In this document: in pieces, positions 20,408 to 30,244 of the stretch
How the letters are laid out: each line of letters starts with the position of its first letter
Numbering within the stretch: the first letter of the stretch is position 1
Assembly (NCBI GenBank): GCA_034520965.1
Contig: JAXHMY010000002.1
Span: 192,001 to 256,000, forward strand
DNA from: Spirochaetia bacterium
GTDB taxonomy: Bacteria > Spirochaetota > Spirochaetia > DSM-16054 > Sediminispirochaetaceae
Reading direction: 5' to 3'
DNA length: 64,000 nt
Position numbers and translations under genes: made by a program
Notes under the pieces: model-generated
Told to the model about the DNA's origin: nothing
Database searches by the model: none
The model's input: the letters and a program-made list of their open reading frames with translations, nothing else

Positions 20408-21393
20408 ATGAGCACTGAGATGCATTCTATGGGTGGTTTACTACACTCTGCAATCGATATAAAGAACTCTACATTTAAAAAAAAAAATTAGTTGATGATG
20501 TTGTAGGTAGTTTTACTCACAATTCGCCTACTCCACTCAATTCTCTACGATGTATTCACCGCATCATCGAAAAGGATGATTTTGTCCGGGGCGCACTATT
20601 AATGCTCGATCTTGACACAGAATGGTTTGTTCCCAGACTTTTAAAGAATTTGGATGTATCCAGCGGCCGAAGATTACGTATCCCCTACGAAAAATTAGTA
20701 AGTCGTTTGCAAAACTCTCCATCGCTACATGGAAATTCTTCGGCCTTTCAATTTTTTAACCAGTATCTTTCACTGCGAACCTTTGAATCTACCGACTTTT
20801 TTGGTGCTTACTCTTTTCAATCACCACAAATGCTGTCTGGAGTTTTGATCGAATTGCGTAGTGAAGAGGAGGGACGCTCGCCCTTTGAAATAGATACCTC
20901 AGAGTCACAGGATATAGGCACTTTTTTAGTTGATGCCCGAAAGAACCTAAGCGGACATAAGTTAAAAGAGCATTTTGAACTAAGCGATATAGAAGTAGAG
21001 CTTGACAGACTTATATCAAAGGCGGAACAGGATGAAAGTAAGATCTATATTTTCTTTCTCGATCTCATACCCCTGGTAAAAGCTATCTCGGCGAAATACC
21101 CGTTTATAGAAGAGTACTATTTGCAGAAAGATATTCAAGGTACTCTCTCGCTTCTTAGCGGTGAAGAAGGTTTTTGCAGTACCCTTGGCAGTAATACCAC
21201 TATTCTGGCGATAAAATCACGGGGATTAAAGCGCAGCAATGTATTGATTCATCAAATGAAGCATCTCGTCCGGGAGCGCTTTTCTTCGGAAGATGTCGTG
21301 CTTCCGGACCTACAGGTCCAGACACGTTCTTGGCCGATTGACGGGAAAGACAGCTTCAGCCTTCTAAAAGACTACCGCTTATCTGAGGAATGA
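20408..21393 (+). CDS. Hypothetical protein interrupted by a frameshift at an A11 tract (20477-20487)
   Basis: SD GGAGAGG and ATG 20408 open MSTEMHSMGGLLHSA..FKKKN*; the frame from 20488 is open and continuous with ORF 20602-21393. Confidence 0.7.
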
Positions 21394-22928
21394 GTATCTC
21401 TTCAACCCATCTAACCGGCTTACATTCACGATATGACCCGTGGCGTGAAGCAGAAAAGTATATTCAGCACGCCCAGGTTTCCCTTTCAAAAAAAATTTAC
21501 ATTCTACTAGAACCGGGCTACGGCTATTTAGCGAAGGTTCTTCTAAACAAAAATCCACATGCAAAAATATTAGAAGTGCATTGCATAGGCGGTGTAGAAA
21601 CTTTTTCTGTCTCAGCTGCTCAGCCGGAAATTGCTGCTTGGTTACCTGGCTCAGAAATTTCACTCTCCGCATTTCTTTCTACGCATATCGATGACCTGGA
21701 AATTGGTTCGGTTGAGATAATAGAATGGCCGCCGGCAGAAAGGGGCTTTCCAAATGCCTACGCTAAGCTAAAACATCAGGTCCGGTCATTTTTACAGGAG
21801 CGTCGAGCTACAGTCCACACTACCGGAAAGTGCGGCCGCTTATGGCTGAGAAATACTCTTAAGAGAGTTGCCTTCCTCCCGCCGCTCATCACTGAGCTGA
21901 AAGTGAATGTACCTATAGTAATTGCCGCATCCGGACCTTCATTACAAAAAGCCCTACCTCTACTTGCTCATAGGCAGGACTCTCTTTTCATCCTTGCCCT
22001 GCCTTCATCAATACGAACACTCACACAGCACAAGATAAAGCCGCATATGGTTGTACATTCAGACCCTGGCTTCTACTCCAACTATCATCTTCGCAGTTCC
22101 CTCTCTGCAGACCTGCAAGCCGCTCCCTTATACGCTGCCGGCTACCGTACGGCGCTGCAGCAGCTGTTACTACTCTCAACAGGCTCCCCCATTGAGGAGT
22201 TTTTTATAAGTAAACTGAGCAATAATGCATTGAGAATAATGCCCCACGGTACAGTCGCAGGTATCGCGTATCAACTTGCAACAAAAATCAGTACAGGGCC
22301 AATAATATGGGCGGGACTCGACTTATGCTACCAGGACATCCAAGCTCATCCCCGACCCCACAGTTTTGACCATCTTATTCAGACTGCATGCCATCGTTAT
22401 GCTCCGCTGCAGGATATCTTTTTCCGCCGTTCGCCGCTGTCAACAGCCGGTGAGACTCGTCCTGCACCACTGCAGAGTTTTGCCCTCACCCGTTACGCCG
22501 ATTGGTTTCAACGCCTATCCCCGGCACTACACAATCAGTTCTTTCGTTTATTTCCCTCTGCAGTAGAAATACAGGCCTTTACACATATCAGCACTACAGA
22601 AGTAGAAGCCTTCTGCGATAAGCCGGTTTCCGTAGCTATGACCAAGCAGTCCATAGAATTAGAGGAAGATGCAGGCCTCCGGGCTCTTACCGCTTTTATT
22701 GAGGAAGTACTCACACAAACAGATCATTTCAACGAGCCCTATAACACCTCCGAAGACGTACTTTTTCGTTTGAAAAATTATCCACTCTTGTATGAACTCA
22801 TGAAGTATACATCACTTCCGCTTCTATTTCGACTACATAGAGGTTCTGCTAAGCTCAAGGATGTACAAATCGCACTTTCCAAAACTAGTGCCGAAATTCA
22901 ATCTATTATCCAGGCGGTGAACTCGTAA
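21390..22928 (+). CDS. Maf/MptE-like (DUF115, motility-associated factor) protein, paralogue 1
   Basis: LHSRYDP..EA, EPGYGY, IAASGPSL, GTVAG, WAGLDL. Confidence 0.8.
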   Translation: MSISSTHLTGLHSRYDPWREAEKYIQHAQVSLSKKIYILLEPGYGYLAKVLLNKNPHAKILEVHCIGGVETFSVSAAQPEIAAWLPGSEISLSAFLSTHIDDLEIGSVEIIEWPPAERGFPNAYAKLKHQVRSFLQERRATVHTTGKCGRLWLRNTLKRVAFLPPLITELKVNVPIVIAASGPSLQKALPLLAHRQDSLFILALPSSIRTLTQHKIKPHMVVHSDPGFYSNYHLRSSLSADLQAAPLYAAGYRTALQQLLLLSTGSPIEEFFISKLSNNALRIMPHGTVAGIAYQLATKISTGPIIWAGLDLCYQDIQAHPRPHSFDHLIQTACHRYAPLQDIFFRRSPLSTAGETRPAPLQSFALTRYADWFQRLSPALHNQFFRLFPSAVEIQAFTHISTTEVEAFCDKPVSVAMTKQSIELEEDAGLRALTAFIEEVLTQTDHFNEPYNTSEDVLFRLKNYPLLYELMKYTSLPLLFRLHRGSAKLKDVQIALSKTSAEIQSIIQAVNS

Positions 22929-24610
22929 TGTCAGATACAGCTCTGCTAAATGTAAATATGCTGGCCCTCTCCTCCGGCCAACCGACTTTATCAGTTAAAT
23001 TAGGCCAGGAAACCCCCTCGAAGAAGGTGCACATTGAAACAAGTAAAAACGGTCTCCCCGTACCGGTAATACAGCATGAAACCCGTAAATATAGTTTACA
23101 CTCCAAAATTGATCCTATCCGCGAGGGTGAGCGGTTTTATCAGTCGGCTCCCCACGGTGGATATCTTGTATTTTTAGGTTTCGGAGCAGGATACCATATC
23201 AGTCCGTTTCTAAAGCGATCGGATATATCCAGAATTGTAATTATAGATTTCGATGCTTCTATTTTTAAGTACTTATTGAAATCAATCGATCTGCGTCATT
23301 TCTTTCTGGATCAGCGGGTACGCTTTTTGATCGACCCAAGTGTAGAAGAAATTAGCAGGGAAATGCTCGATAATTATCTGCCCGCAGTATCCGGAAATCT
23401 GCAAGTGCTCCAGCTGCGTTCACGGGTATATATGGAAAGAGAGCGGTTTTCCGCAGCTCAAAAACATATTCAAGTGGTTATAAAATCAATTTCAGAAGAT
23501 TATTCGGTACAATCCTACTTTGGCAAACGCTGGTTTGTAAACAGTATAAGAAATCTGCATCTTGCTGAAACTTCCACCACAACCCTGCCGCCTGTTCGCA
23601 CAGCCCTAATCACAGCAGCAGGTCCTTCACTCGAAATCCAATTACCGGAGCTCAAACAGCAGATTGGCAAGGGAACCCTCATCGCAACCGATACATCTCT
23701 TCCTTTTTTATTGAAAAATAACATTATTCCCGATTTGGTAATTTCTATTGACTGTCAGCACATAACCTATCATCACTTCATGGCTGGGTATCCCGAAAAT
23801 GTTCCGCTTGTTCTAGACTTAGCCTCTCCGAACCATTTAACCACTAAAACCGCTAGACTTGTATTTTTTACAAGCGGTCACCCTTTCTCCAGGTATGTGA
23901 ATAGTGTGTGGAGACGTTTTCCCCACATAGATACTTCCGGCGGAAACGTAAGCCATGCAGCAGTCAGTTTAGCTGAAGCCCTCGGTGCTCAGCAGATACT
24001 TCTATTTGGTGCCGACTTCTCCTTTCCTGAAGGTAAAAGTTACACTAGGGGTACCTACTTATACCCATTTTTTCACACATCCTCATTTCGAACCAGTCCT
24101 CTGGAACACCATTTCTTTTCGTTTTTACTTCGCAACGAGAATATTATCAAGGTAAAAGAGCCGAATTACATTCGTTATACAACCAGCCCTATGATCAGCT
24201 ATAAAAAACGTCTTGAGCAGGCCTCGGCAGAACTTACCGCCGAACTGATTCCGGTGCCCGGAAAAGGGGAAATGCTTACCCCGGCGGTCCGTAAGCGGCA
24301 CCGAGATGCAACAGTCATCGTTGGAACGCTGTTCTCCGCCGGTGCGGCAGCACTGAGTTGGAAGGAGTTTATCAAATCATATTCCCAGGCTGTTGAATCA
24401 CTGCCCCTGCCGCAGGAATCGTTGAACCATTACAACTCATTACTCTCGAAGGAACAGAAAGATATTGTTACTACTCTTCTGCCCGCGGCAGCGGCTATCC
24501 GCCGGGAACGCGAACTGCAGGGAGGACAACAAACTGGAGCAGAAATTTTGGCGGATGTCATCGAGTGGACGCAGGCGACTATTTCAGCTCATTTATCAGC
24601 GTTAGAATAA
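22928..24610 (+). CDS. Maf/MptE-like (DUF115, motility-associated factor) protein, paralogue 2
   Basis: LHSKIDP..EG, GFGAGYH, AAGPSL, IATDT, PDLVISID, GGNVSHAA, LFGADF. Confidence 0.85.
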   Translation: MSDTALLNVNMLALSSGQPTLSVKLGQETPSKKVHIETSKNGLPVPVIQHETRKYSLHSKIDPIREGERFYQSAPHGGYLVFLGFGAGYHISPFLKRSDISRIVIIDFDASIFKYLLKSIDLRHFFLDQRVRFLIDPSVEEISREMLDNYLPAVSGNLQVLQLRSRVYMERERFSAAQKHIQVVIKSISEDYSVQSYFGKRWFVNSIRNLHLAETSTTTLPPVRTALITAAGPSLEIQLPELKQQIGKGTLIATDTSLPFLLKNNIIPDLVISIDCQHITYHHFMAGYPENVPLVLDLASPNHLTTKTARLVFFTSGHPFSRYVNSVWRRFPHIDTSGGNVSHAAVSLAEALGAQQILLFGADFSFPEGKSYTRGTYLYPFFHTSSFRTSPLEHHFFSFLLRNENIIKVKEPNYIRYTTSPMISYKKRLEQASAELTAELIPVPGKGEMLTPAVRKRHRDATVIVGTLFSAGAAALSWKEFIKSYSQAVESLPLPQESLNHYNSLLSKEQKDIVTTLLPAAAAIRRERELQGGQQTGAEILADVIEWTQATISAHLSALE

Positions 24611-25440
24611 ACAATACCTGCATAACCTACAAAAGAACTATCGGGATGTATGGAATAGCTACTATCATATCCGGTTAAAATTCCTTCTTCACTTCCGTGA
24701 GCAGCAGCAAATTCTATGGCTGCAACCGCAGCTCCGGGAGAGCAGGCAGCTTTACGCTGGTTTCCCCAGTGCAGTACATCTTCAGACTGCATCTGAAGCA
24801 TATGTTTTATTATACCCCCATCGTTTTCCTGTTGAGCCCACTCTACAGCTTCCGGACCTATGCCTTTGGGCGCAAATCCATAATTTGGACCGTAATGTGT
24901 TAAATCGGTTGATCCGATCATACATACCCTTTCCGACAGCGTCCCCGCTATTCCGGCGCAGACACGGCCAAGCTCAACAGCTTCTTCGCCTGCTTCAACC
25001 CGGAGCCACAGCACCTTTGCCTCCGGAAAAAGGTACTTCACTATCGGCAACTGAACTTCCACCGTATTATCAGCGGCTTTGTCCGCTTTTAATGCAATCT
25101 GCTCACCTAGTTTGTTTTTGAATTCCTCGGCGGCGGCCATTGGTCCAAAGGGAGTTTCAAAGTAGTGCTCGTTGGCTATTGCTGTGCCGTCACCGGCACG
25201 CATATGACCTCCTACAATGATTACTATTTTTGATTCAGGATTTAGCTGACGAAGAGTTTTATATGCCAATTTACCTGAAAAGCTCCACCCGGCGTGGGGC
25301 ACAACAGCGGACATACCGGATTTAATACCGTGAGCCTCCATCGATTTTTCCCAACTCTCTATTACACGTACCGTCTCTTTTTCGTCGGCAGGGTACCAAC
25401 CTGGTGGAAGGATTCGCTTTCTTACCTTTCTATCATTCAT
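24589..25440 (-). CDS. amrB: AmmeMemoRadiSam system protein B (MEMO1 family)
   Basis: GWYP, VPHAGWSFSG, DNTVEVQLP, STDLTHYG, AACS, FVGYAG. Confidence 0.88.
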   Translation of the reverse strand: MNDRKVRKRILPPGWYPADEKETVRVIESWEKSMEAHGIKSGMSAVVPHAGWSFSGKLAYKTLRQLNPESKIVIIVGGHMRAGDGTAIANEHYFETPFGPMAAAEEFKNKLGEQIALKADKAADNTVEVQLPIVKYLFPEAKVLWLRVEAGEEAVELGRVCAGIAGTLSERVCMIGSTDLTHYGPNYGFAPKGIGPEAVEWAQQENDGGIIKHMLQMQSEDVLHWGNQRKAACSPGAAVAAIEFAAAHGSEEGILTGYDSSYSIHPDSSFVGYAGIVYSNADK

Positions 25441-25478
25441 ATTTCTAGTTTAAAACATTTGACCATACAATCTCAAGG

Positions 25479-25620
25479 CAGCGATTCTAAATTTGGAAGT
25501 CTTTTGACTTCCAAATTTAGAATTCGCATCAATTTCTTTGCAAAATTTTATATATCTCAACGTGTGGAGGCATTCTCATTTTGGATAGTGTAATTACACT
25601 ATCCAAAATGAGAATAGCTG
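25479..25620. mobile_element. Two-hairpin MITE-like element, copy B (142 bp)
   Basis: Ends CAGCGATTCT...AGAATAGCTG; 18-bp hairpin 25484-25523; perfect 44-bp palindrome 25572-25615; exact 9-bp TSD ATCTCAAGG at 25470-25478 and 25621-25629. Confidence 0.9.
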
Positions 25621-25736
25621 ATCTCAAGGCCGAACAATTCAAAAACTTTTATTTCTAGAGTGAGCTCACCTATAAGGCGTTTTGAGCTAAAAAAAAACGA
25701 TTTTACTTTCACCAGTTTTTAATTATAATACAAGCC

Positions 25737-26912
25737 ATGAATAGGAAATTACTCTTTGCAATTAACCTGTCGGCGATCATTCTTCTGTTGGCCCTGATTG
25801 GATATATCCTGTTGACCCTAGTGAGCTCTTATCGCTTAAATACGAGCGATGCAAGGCTTGATATAACCCGTACAAGTGTACAGGCAAAGTCACTGTTCTC
25901 CGTCACAACCGGGAGTGCAGAACAGGAGTTGAATAATTTTCGCAACAGTCTTATCGATAATGCTCAAATCAAGAGCCTTGTTTTGTATGGCAGGAATGGA
26001 GAACTTATCTACGTGTATGCGCGGAACCCGTCTTATTTGAAGATATCCCAGGGTTCTGAGCAGTTTTCTCGAAGTTCTGTTCATTTGCCATATAACAATC
26101 TATATGAAACAATCCATAAAGTGGAATTAAATACTGATAATCGACTCATTGCGGAAGGGGTTTATCAACTGTTCAGTCCGAACTACCTGCTTAGTTTAGC
26201 AAAACAGCTTTTTCTGGTCCTCTCAGTGCTGACCCTGTTTTTGCTGATATTTGTAATAGTAACCAGCCGAAGATCTTTTGCCGAGTACCCCAGTAACGCC
26301 GGCGAAAAAGAGACAGCCCCGGCGGGCGGTTCCTCAGATACGGCATTCCAAACGAGTGCTGTTTCATCGGCCGCAGTTGCCCATCCTGCCACACAAACGG
26401 AAAGCGAAGAATCGCTCTACACACCCGACTCCGGTCTCTGTTTTGAGCAATACCTAGAAGAACGCCTCAGCAATGAATTGCGACGGGCGGCCTCTTTTGA
26501 CCAGGACCTAGTAACTGCCCTGATCAAATGCAAGGGAGCAGTAGACAACCGATCAACTTACATCCAATTAGCAAAAAAATTAAAAGAGCACTTTACCTTC
26601 CACGATCTTCTATTTGAGGTCCAAAATGATAAGATGGCGGTAATCCTTCCCAGCAGCGATCTTGAACAGGGAATTACTGAACTTTCCGATTTTCAGAAAG
26701 AACTATTCCAAGCTACTCCGGACATGTTCTGTGCATCTGATATTTCTATTGGATTAAGTTCAAGAAACGGCCGGCTTATCAACAGCGATCGTATCCTAAA
26801 AGAGGCCCATGCAGCTCTAAAACGAGCTGAAGAGGATAGTGAAACAAACCTGATTGGTTTCCGTCCCGATCCTGGCAAGTTCCGTTCATTCTTGGCAATG
26901 CAGAATAAGTGA
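25737..26912 (+). CDS. Two-TM membrane protein with a degenerate GGDEF-like C-terminal domain
   Basis: DSGL..EQYLEERLSNELRRA, DLLFEVQNDKMAVILP in place of GGDEF, ISIGLS, AHAALKRA. Confidence 0.75.
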   Translation: MNRKLLFAINLSAIILLLALIGYILLTLVSSYRLNTSDARLDITRTSVQAKSLFSVTTGSAEQELNNFRNSLIDNAQIKSLVLYGRNGELIYVYARNPSYLKISQGSEQFSRSSVHLPYNNLYETIHKVELNTDNRLIAEGVYQLFSPNYLLSLAKQLFLVLSVLTLFLLIFVIVTSRRSFAEYPSNAGEKETAPAGGSSDTAFQTSAVSSAAVAHPATQTESEESLYTPDSGLCFEQYLEERLSNELRRAASFDQDLVTALIKCKGAVDNRSTYIQLAKKLKEHFTFHDLLFEVQNDKMAVILPSSDLEQGITELSDFQKELFQATPDMFCASDISIGLSSRNGRLINSDRILKEAHAALKRAEEDSETNLIGFRPDPGKFRSFLAMQNK

Positions 26913-26919
26913 GGTTCCT

Positions 26920-27912
26920 TCAATTATCCTGCAGCTGCAGCAGCTCTTTCAAGGGATTTAATACGGTATTTAGCCTCCATTGACTTACCAGATAGGTATA
27001 CTGGCTGTGTAGTGGACGTACGTACACCTGTTGCCGATTATTTTTATTGCCGATTCGCAGTTTATAGGTGTTCCCACTTGTCGTTTCAAAACTGATTATT
27101 GTATGAGGGTCGGTGATACCGGAATAAGATCTCTCATCGCGGGTAGCATACTTCTCACCATGCAGCTCAATCAGATTCCTTATGTGTCTGTTCATCACCT
27201 CAGGGTCAACAACTTTGGGAGCCGCCTCTTCTGAAGTGAGGCTCCACTTTATCTGATTCAGTCCTTCCTCCGAACGCCGAAATCTGAATTGCCCATCTTC
27301 CTTGGTAATGAACTCTAGTGCCATTACGTCTTGAATAGAAAGTTTTTCTGAGAAAAGAGCCAAATCGGACCAATAACCGGTTTCTCTTTCAAGGTACCGG
27401 CGTAAATCGTCAACTACATAAACTGAATCGGAGGAGATTTTACGAGCATATTGACGATCACTGCCCTGCAGGGAATCTCCAAAAACAATGGTTTCTTGAG
27501 CTTCACCATCCATATTGGTGAAAATTTTTAGTTTTAGACCATTCCCATCGTCAACAGAATACTTACTCCAATTATCGGGCGATGCTGCTGCTTCAGAGTA
27601 GAAGGCTAAATTCGCTATCCTATCAGTAAATGCCTTTACTTTTTTACTGTCCGCCGGAAACTTTTCACTTTCCAAGGCCACAAACCAGGCCGGCTGCTGA
27701 TTATTCTCTCCCTTTGCTTCGCTGTGTATAAGCGCAAATTCCTGATTTAAGAATTCAATTTTGGTTATACTCCCGGCATCCACATTCTGTAACCATGGCT
27801 GGGGACTAAGCCTGCGGCTATCAGAAGAAGTAAGCAGGGGCCCTAGAAAATAGGTACCCATCAGCAGCAGTGCAAGTGTTGAAAGCAGTATCATTTTATT
27901 CCTGTAGGTCAT
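26920..27912 (-). CDS. DUF4340 domain protein
   Basis: N-terminal TM, two similar halves (W....FPAD..KV, YARK....VYVV; LRIG...YVR....TYLV); last gene of the Gld-like cluster. Confidence 0.75.
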   Translation of the reverse strand: MTYRNKMILLSTLALLLMGTYFLGPLLTSSDSRRLSPQPWLQNVDAGSITKIEFLNQEFALIHSEAKGENNQQPAWFVALESEKFPADSKKVKAFTDRIANLAFYSEAAASPDNWSKYSVDDGNGLKLKIFTNMDGEAQETIVFGDSLQGSDRQYARKISSDSVYVVDDLRRYLERETGYWSDLALFSEKLSIQDVMALEFITKEDGQFRFRRSEEGLNQIKWSLTSEEAAPKVVDPEVMNRHIRNLIELHGEKYATRDERSYSGITDPHTIISFETTSGNTYKLRIGNKNNRQQVYVRPLHSQYTYLVSQWRLNTVLNPLKELLQLQDN

Positions 27913-29515
27913 GATTCCCCTCCTGCAGCACCGGAGGATGCCTTCGCCTTGCTGCATACCGGAACAGACCATATCCAATTACCAGAAGTGGTATAAACAC
28001 AAGATTTACGATTTGCGAAAAAGCGTATTGAACCTGTGCCCGATCCGGATTAAGACGATTTAAACGCGTATCCCCCACAATTCGAGTTCGTATTTTCATC
28101 AAATCATCATCTTCCGCAAGCCAATCGGCACAAGTTAGCAAAAAGCTCAGATTATACATACTATTGGAATACTGAATGAGATTAGATGCGAAATGTGCAT
28201 CTCCAAACAGTACAACTCTGCTGGGGGAATCCCCCTTGGCTTTAATTTCATCGTAAGGGAGTATCTCTCCCGGCGGGGGAACTATGGTTTTGGATGCATA
28301 CACACTATACAACTCTTTTTCCAGCGCTACGGCAAGAGTATACTGCCCGGCTGCTTCGGCGGTTTTTTGGTTTAAGCTCCCCGCCCGATAAGGATCTGTA
28401 ATAAACACATCTTCCATTAACCAGGCCTCAGGAGAGCTTTCCACCAATCTTCGTGAATGGCCCCCGGCGGAATCCAATACTGTTAGAGGACTCGGCCACA
28501 GTAAATCGAGCCCTTGAAAACGGGCAGTAATCGGATGTTCTTGGTTTACATTACCCGGACGAATCGATATCCAGTGCGGGTAGGTATCCAGCACATCCCA
28601 GGTGATTCCGTCGAATGTCTGTCGAGGAATCCGAAAGTTTTTCGCGTATTTATCCAATACAAGCTGCTTTTCTACTCGTACCCCATAAGATTCAAGTAGT
28701 TCAAATACCGGCAGCTCCTCGTAGGGAGAGGCCTTTAGGTTATCCTCCAGGTCTATTTTAACCCCGCCGATACCGAAAAAAGCATTGCCCCCATTCATCA
28801 GAAACTGGTCAATGTGCAGAAGATCATATCGACGCAAGCCCTCTCCGCCCAGCAGAAAAAGGATATCTATTCGCTCAGGTATCATCTCTCCCCGGGTCAG
28901 CTCTTCTACTTCAAAGGAGCCGGAGAGGGTTTCATACAGACCACTGTAATCATTCTGTAGGTTCATTGATGAATCTCTGATTAATATCCCTATTCTCCGT
29001 GCATCCTGTCGCAGCATCTTCCTGATGCTGGAAGTAAGTTGATATTCTAATGTTTCAGTACTAAACACCAGCGGCAGAACCTCCTGCCGATCCAAGTATC
29101 TTAATGAGATTCCCGAAAACACTTTTGCATAGGTCTGTTCATTCTCTTCTACTACCTGTATTTGGCGCGGTTCGATTCCAAGCTCCTGAACTTCCTTGCT
29201 TAGTCCGGCCTTATCCGGATCAACTACCGCAATTTTAATGTTCCCGCCGCCATAGGTGGCATATTCATCCAGTAAGTCTTCAATAAGCTGAGGAGTTTGG
29301 CTTACACTGCCCAGTTTATCCGATACATAGTAGGTAATACTCACCTGTCCGGGAAGTTCGTCCATCATTCTTTTTGACACCTCGGATATGCTGTACAGCT
29401 TATCTTCAGTGAGATCAATTCGAGCAAAATACCGCTGGCTATTTAAAAGAAACAACACCGCTACCACCAGTGTAATCAGCAGTAGACTTATCTCTTTCCA
29501 TCGTTGGGGCAGCAT
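27896..29515 (-). CDS. GldG-like ABC transporter auxiliary (GIFT domain) protein
   Basis: RIDLTEDKLYSIS.VSK, LLDEYA, VDPD, LEYQLTSSI, DQFLMNGG, HPIT, DWLA.D..L..IR. Confidence 0.85.
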   Translation of the reverse strand: MLPQRWKEISLLLITLVVAVLFLLNSQRYFARIDLTEDKLYSISEVSKRMMDELPGQVSITYYVSDKLGSVSQTPQLIEDLLDEYATYGGGNIKIAVVDPDKAGLSKEVQELGIEPRQIQVVEENEQTYAKVFSGISLRYLDRQEVLPLVFSTETLEYQLTSSIRKMLRQDARRIGILIRDSSMNLQNDYSGLYETLSGSFEVEELTRGEMIPERIDILFLLGGEGLRRYDLLHIDQFLMNGGNAFFGIGGVKIDLEDNLKASPYEELPVFELLESYGVRVEKQLVLDKYAKNFRIPRQTFDGITWDVLDTYPHWISIRPGNVNQEHPITARFQGLDLLWPSPLTVLDSAGGHSRRLVESSPEAWLMEDVFITDPYRAGSLNQKTAEAAGQYTLAVALEKELYSVYASKTIVPPPGEILPYDEIKAKGDSPSRVVLFGDAHFASNLIQYSNSMYNLSFLLTCADWLAEDDDLMKIRTRIVGDTRLNRLNPDRAQVQYAFSQIVNLVFIPLLVIGYGLFRYAARRRHPPVLQEGNHDLQE

Positions 29516-29521
29516 CCGATT

Positions 29522-30244
29522 CTACCTCCACTTCCGCAGTATTAGAATTTTCATGTTAAAATAAAGAAACATTCCGGTTCCCACTAAATAGAAGCTCATA
29601 TCCCGGGTATCGACAAGCCCCTTGGTAAAGCTTTGAAAATGGCTGTGCAGGGAGAGATACCTAAGCAGGTCTGAAACAGAATCCGGCAGGTCTGCAAACA
29701 TGGTAAGCTGCCATAAAAGCGTAAATATAAGAAGAAATACCACACTAAATAGAAAGGCACTAATTTGATTTGCCGAGAGTGCTGAAATACATAAACCGAC
29801 GGCAATTCCCAGCCCTGCGAGTAAGAGCGAACCAATATATTGGCCGATTATCTGACCTGTATCGAAGTCGCCCATCGGCAGAAGGGTAAGAGGCACCGGT
29901 ATAGTCAAAACCAACAAGCCACTTATAAGCAAAAAAGCGGCCAAAAATTTTCCTAAAACTAATTCGCTGATCCGTATCGGAAGAGTCAACAGGATTTCAT
30001 CTGTCTTCATGCGGGTTTCTTCGGCCCAGCTGCGCATGGTAAGTGCCGGAAGCAAAAAAATATAGACCATAGGAAATACACTGAAGTATCCCCGTAAGGA
30101 AGCCACATCGGCAGCATAGAACTGCTGCATAAAGTAAAACCAGCCGGCGGTAAACAGCAGAAAGAAGAGAGCCGCTATATAGGCTATAGGGGTATTAAAA
30201 TACCCGCGTAATTCTTTTATGATCACCGCCTGTAACCTACGCAT
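29522..30244 (-). CDS. GldF-like ABC transporter permease
   Basis: KELRGYFNTPIAY, PALTMRSWAEE, LLTLPI..ELVLGKF, NQI.A, HF.SF.KG. Confidence 0.88.
   Translation of the reverse strand: MRRLQAVIIKELRGYFNTPIAYIAALFFLLFTAGWFYFMQQFYAADVASLRGYFSVFPMVYIFLLPALTMRSWAEETRMKTDEILLTLPIRISELVLGKFLAAFLLISGLLVLTIPVPLTLLPMGDFDTGQIIGQYIGSLLLAGLGIAVGLCISALSANQISAFLFSVVFLLIFTLLWQLTMFADLPDSVSDLLRYLSLHSHFQSFTKGLVDTRDMSFYLVGTGMFLYFNMKILILRKWR

Noticed and set aside
25650..25686. GTGAGCTCAC palindrome and weak surrounding stem
   Set aside because: Too short and single-copy to assign as an operator or element.
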